Shown here piece after piece: positions 61,107-64,000 of a DNA stretch of 64,000 nt. This DNA is from a virus (taxonomy: Duplodnaviria > Caudoviricetes): IMG/VR virus record IMGVR_UViG_3300032281_000616, positions 128,001 through 192,000 of that record. One strand, 5' to 3'. Under the pieces are notes generated by a model, which saw only the letters and a program-made list of their open reading frames with translations, was not told the DNA's origin and did no database searches. The position numbers were made by a program, and so were the translations under genes. Every line of letters begins with the position of its first letter. Positions within the stretch are counted from its first letter, which is position 1.

Positions 61107-61854
61107 ATTCTAATTCTTTCCATTTAATTTTGCTGTAAATTTGATTTTTCGTCAATCCCAATTCATCTCCCGCATTTTTAATAGTTTTCCATCTTTTGTT
61201 TGTTTTTGGACAAAAGATGTATCTTATCTCTAATGGGGTATTATGACATTTTTCTAGTGGTGTAAAATTTTCAATATCAAAACTCCAATAATATCCGTGA
61301 GTTGACTTACCACGCCTTCTACAAGTATTACTTATTAATTGAGTGGGTATATTTGTCGCTTCGGATGCTTGTTTGATGGAATCAAACTCATTTAATACTT
61401 TTAGTGTTTTTTTATCTATTTGATAAACTTTTTTATACATAGATTTAAGTATTTTATCCATTGCTGGAACAGATCGTCTCTTCCCGAGATGAGAATCTGA
61501 CATTTTCTTTCTACTCTCATCTGAGACTTTTTTCTTCCAATTGCTTCCAGCTACTCTTAATACATTATATCCAAAATCCCTATCATAAGATTTATAATAA
61601 TCCATCCATTTTTGTTCATGTGTCAATAATTCGTCTAAATTTTCAATTTCTTCAATCGGTAAAAATTCAAAGACCCCCATCCCCCATTTATAAAATGATG
61701 ATTGTAGATATTTACTATCGTGCGTTCCTTTTCGAAGTTTATTCCGATGTTGTTTCCATCGTTTACGCATATTGACAGCACTTCCTATATAATGCTTACC
61801 AGTTTCTTTATTTGTTATCCTATAAATTCCAGATATATTATTATTTATTTTCAT
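61084..61854 (-). CDS. GIY-YIG homing endonuclease (Seg/I-TevI-like) with NUMOD repeats
   Basis: SGIYRITNKETGKHYIGSA; RWKQH; GYN. Confidence 0.9.
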   Translation of the reverse strand: MKINNNISGIYRITNKETGKHYIGSAVNMRKRWKQHRNKLRKGTHDSKYLQSSFYKWGMGVFEFLPIEEIENLDELLTHEQKWMDYYKSYDRDFGYNVLRVAGSNWKKKVSDESRKKMSDSHLGKRRSVPAMDKILKSMYKKVYQIDKKTLKVLNEFDSIKQASEATNIPTQLISNTCRRRGKSTHGYYWSFDIENFTPLEKCHNTPLEIRYIFCPKTNKRWKTIKNAGDELGLTKNQIYSKIKWKELEYVYEKRI

Positions 61855-62944
61855 CTACACTAGTATTTAGTGTAGAATCGAAAATTTTATCGTCTAGTAG
61901 AAGAAACCTCTTTGGCTTATATTGATCCTCTGTAATATTTTCTTCCATAGTTTTTTTCTTCAAATTATCCCATAAAGGACTGGACCAGTATGCATTTAGA
62001 TCACTTACTCTATTTTTATCACCTTTACTCATCTGTTTTCAGTAAATCTTGTTGTTTTATATCTAATAACTCTTGCTCTAATTCATTCTTTACCATTCTT
62101 TCACCCTCTTCTTTATTAAGAACAAAATTAGTAATCACACCAAATTCCGAATGACTCAAAGAATAAACTATTTCATCTGATTCTAATCTAGGAGTCAAAA
62201 TATATCGAAATTTACTATCCTCATCACCCCAATAACTTTCCTTCGAATATATTGTGTTCCCAAATGAATCATAATCCTCAACTGACCAAAATTCGGGTTT
62301 CAGTGATCTAATATCAATATCTAAAACTGGACCATTCTCGGATTCTGTGATAGATACAATACCCATGCTAACCAAATCTTTCATTATTAATGATAATCCT
62401 TTATCTAGACTCCACTCTAATTTAGAATCATCTGATATCTTGTTCATGGAATATAAAACAAAAATAGCACCAATCTCATCTAATGTGAGTTTGGTTTCAG
62501 CTAGTTCTATTGGAAGTGTAAGATCATTCATGAATGATATCCTCCACTTTCTTATCGTATCTCAATAGATATTTCTGAAAAGTTTCGTCATCATCTCCAG
62601 AATTGAAAATGTAATCGAATAACCAATTTTCATTTTCTTCAGAAATACCCAATTCATCCAAAAGACTAAAGTATCTCAAGTCTTGAGTCTCTGTAAGAGC
62701 CTTGACAAAATCTTTTACTTTTTCTACTTCATTTAACATTTTATTCATATTTTTATCCTATATTTTGCATCCACCAAAAGGAAATTTCCTTTTCAAAATC
62801 TTTTTTATTTTTGACCGATCCCGGTCTAACAAAGATATACGTCTCTGCTTGTTCTAAATTAGAATCTGACCAAACTTCAATTACATCATCTTCTTGCATG
62901 ATGAAACTATAGTTTCCCACATTACCCTCATATTTCTCACTCAT
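61841..62944 (-). CDS. four small hypothetical genes (61841..62032, 62025..62531, 62524..62748, 62753..62944)
   Basis: Abutting ORFs. Confidence 0.7.
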
Positions 62945-62979
62945 CTTTACCTATTCATTATAGTTTAGTGTTTTATTTA

Positions 62980-63864
62980 TCAAAGCCTCTGTATTACGTT
63001 TTTTACAAGACTTTTGAATCTGTATGTTGCTGTATTATTAGGCATCTTTTTCCAATTTTCTATTAATACAGCAAAAAATTCGTCAAAATTTGTCAAACCA
63101 TATTGGGGAAATCCTAATTTCTCTGAAATTCTTTTTCTCCATTTTAAAGTTTCTTTCATATCATCAGCTTTGGTGGGATCACCTTGCAGAATACGTTTCT
63201 TCCTTTTAGATTTTCTCCAATAAGAATCTAATAATTCTTCATAGGATTTTTTCAACAATGGTTCGGTTTGTGTTGGTATCAAATCTGCGACATAATGAGC
63301 ATATTCGTGAACAAATATGCTTGGTTCATCGATAGCGTATTGATCAATAAAAATCAATCTATCTCGATAGATACCTGCTGCATCTCCAGCATATGTATTT
63401 TTAAATCTAAAATTTTTGGATTCATCGGTAATAACAAATCTTGGTTTTCTGTTAGGTAAGATGTCTTTGATTTCGTTCAGCATATTGATTATAGAATTTC
63501 TCAACATCTTCATATTATACGCATTGGTTTCGAAACTCTGGTCAACCAACCCATCCAAAAAAACTTGGATCCCTTGATGTTCAAATATTTTCTTATATTG
63601 TGATGTTTTTTCTCTCCTGCTCAACACAGCAAATTTATCAGCTTGTTGATCTAACCAACTATCCGCTCTATTAGGAAATATCCCCTTTAACTTTAGGTAA
63701 TCGTCTTTAATTTTTTGATCGACTTCATTCTCAATCTCACCATTAAGAATGTAATTTTTCCAATCCCTTTTCCATTCTTGGACTGGAGGTAGTTTTTGAG
63801 CAGGTGGTAGTTGCGCTTTTCTTAGGGGATTTTTAATACCCTCAGTGAGTTGATCAAAATTCAT
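62980..63864 (-). CDS. late protein with zincin metalloprotease motif
   Basis: FVHEYAH plus downstream YGLTNFDEFFA; TAAATA upstream. Confidence 0.65.
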   Translation of the reverse strand: MNFDQLTEGIKNPLRKAQLPPAQKLPPVQEWKRDWKNYILNGEIENEVDQKIKDDYLKLKGIFPNRADSWLDQQADKFAVLSRREKTSQYKKIFEHQGIQVFLDGLVDQSFETNAYNMKMLRNSIINMLNEIKDILPNRKPRFVITDESKNFRFKNTYAGDAAGIYRDRLIFIDQYAIDEPSIFVHEYAHYVADLIPTQTEPLLKKSYEELLDSYWRKSKRKKRILQGDPTKADDMKETLKWRKRISEKLGFPQYGLTNFDEFFAVLIENWKKMPNNTATYRFKSLVKNVIQRL

Positions 63865-64000
63865 CTACATTATTTATGTAATCTTTAACAACTTGAAGTT
63901 TATGTTCTGCTTGTGCAGCCAATTCGATTGCACATTCCCATTTATTCTTCCAACCTACAATTTCGTTTTTGAGTTGTTCATTCTCAATAGCAAATTTAGT

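Larger units (their letters stand above)
7875..62973 (-). promoter_or_regulatory. dispersed phage promoter family AAACACTA-N3-YAnnnT-N6-ATG (about 60 copies)
   Basis: TAGTGTT(T) on + strand at e.g. 8177, 10539, 12990, 15381, 17244, 21581, 25282, 28308, 32429, 37653, 45406, 50294, 57979; intergenic, oriented with the genes. Confidence 0.9.

Noticed and set aside
7875-62973. Integron attC cassette array
   Set aside because: No palindromic attC structure or GTTRRRY pairs and no integrase in the window.
1-64000. Stop-codon reassignment
   Set aside because: Known genes (cca, rIIA, thyX, ligases, helicase) are full length in the standard code and coding density is high.

Overview
This is a 64-kb segment of a large, AT-rich, T4-like (jumbo) dsDNA phage. 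Markers are rIIA/rIIB, TATAAATA/TAAATA late promoters, thyX, a denV-like gene and nine free-standing homing endonucleases. From about 7.9 kb to 64 kb it is a minus-strand array of small early/accessory genes. About 60 of them are driven by one promoter architecture, AAACACTA-N3-YAnnnT-N6-ATG, which implies leaderless mRNAs. The window carries a broad tRNA maturation and RNA-repair toolkit (CCA-adding enzyme, TilS, Thg1, two RNA ligases, Pnk-like kinase, 2H phosphoesterase, cyclic-phosphate receiver protein and several phosphatases). It has one canonical tRNA(CAT), a tRNA-Leu interrupted by a 38-nt hairpin, a possibly permuted tRNA and several tRNA-like RNAs. The most striking system is that seven of the nine endonuclease genes sit inside a gene end (or tRNA end) and are flanked by a recoded duplicate of that end, so the target stays intact. 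A late-expressed PEP-CTERM protein points to an exosortase-containing host such as Verrucomicrobia/PVC (inference). All calls are by eye from motifs; no database search was run.
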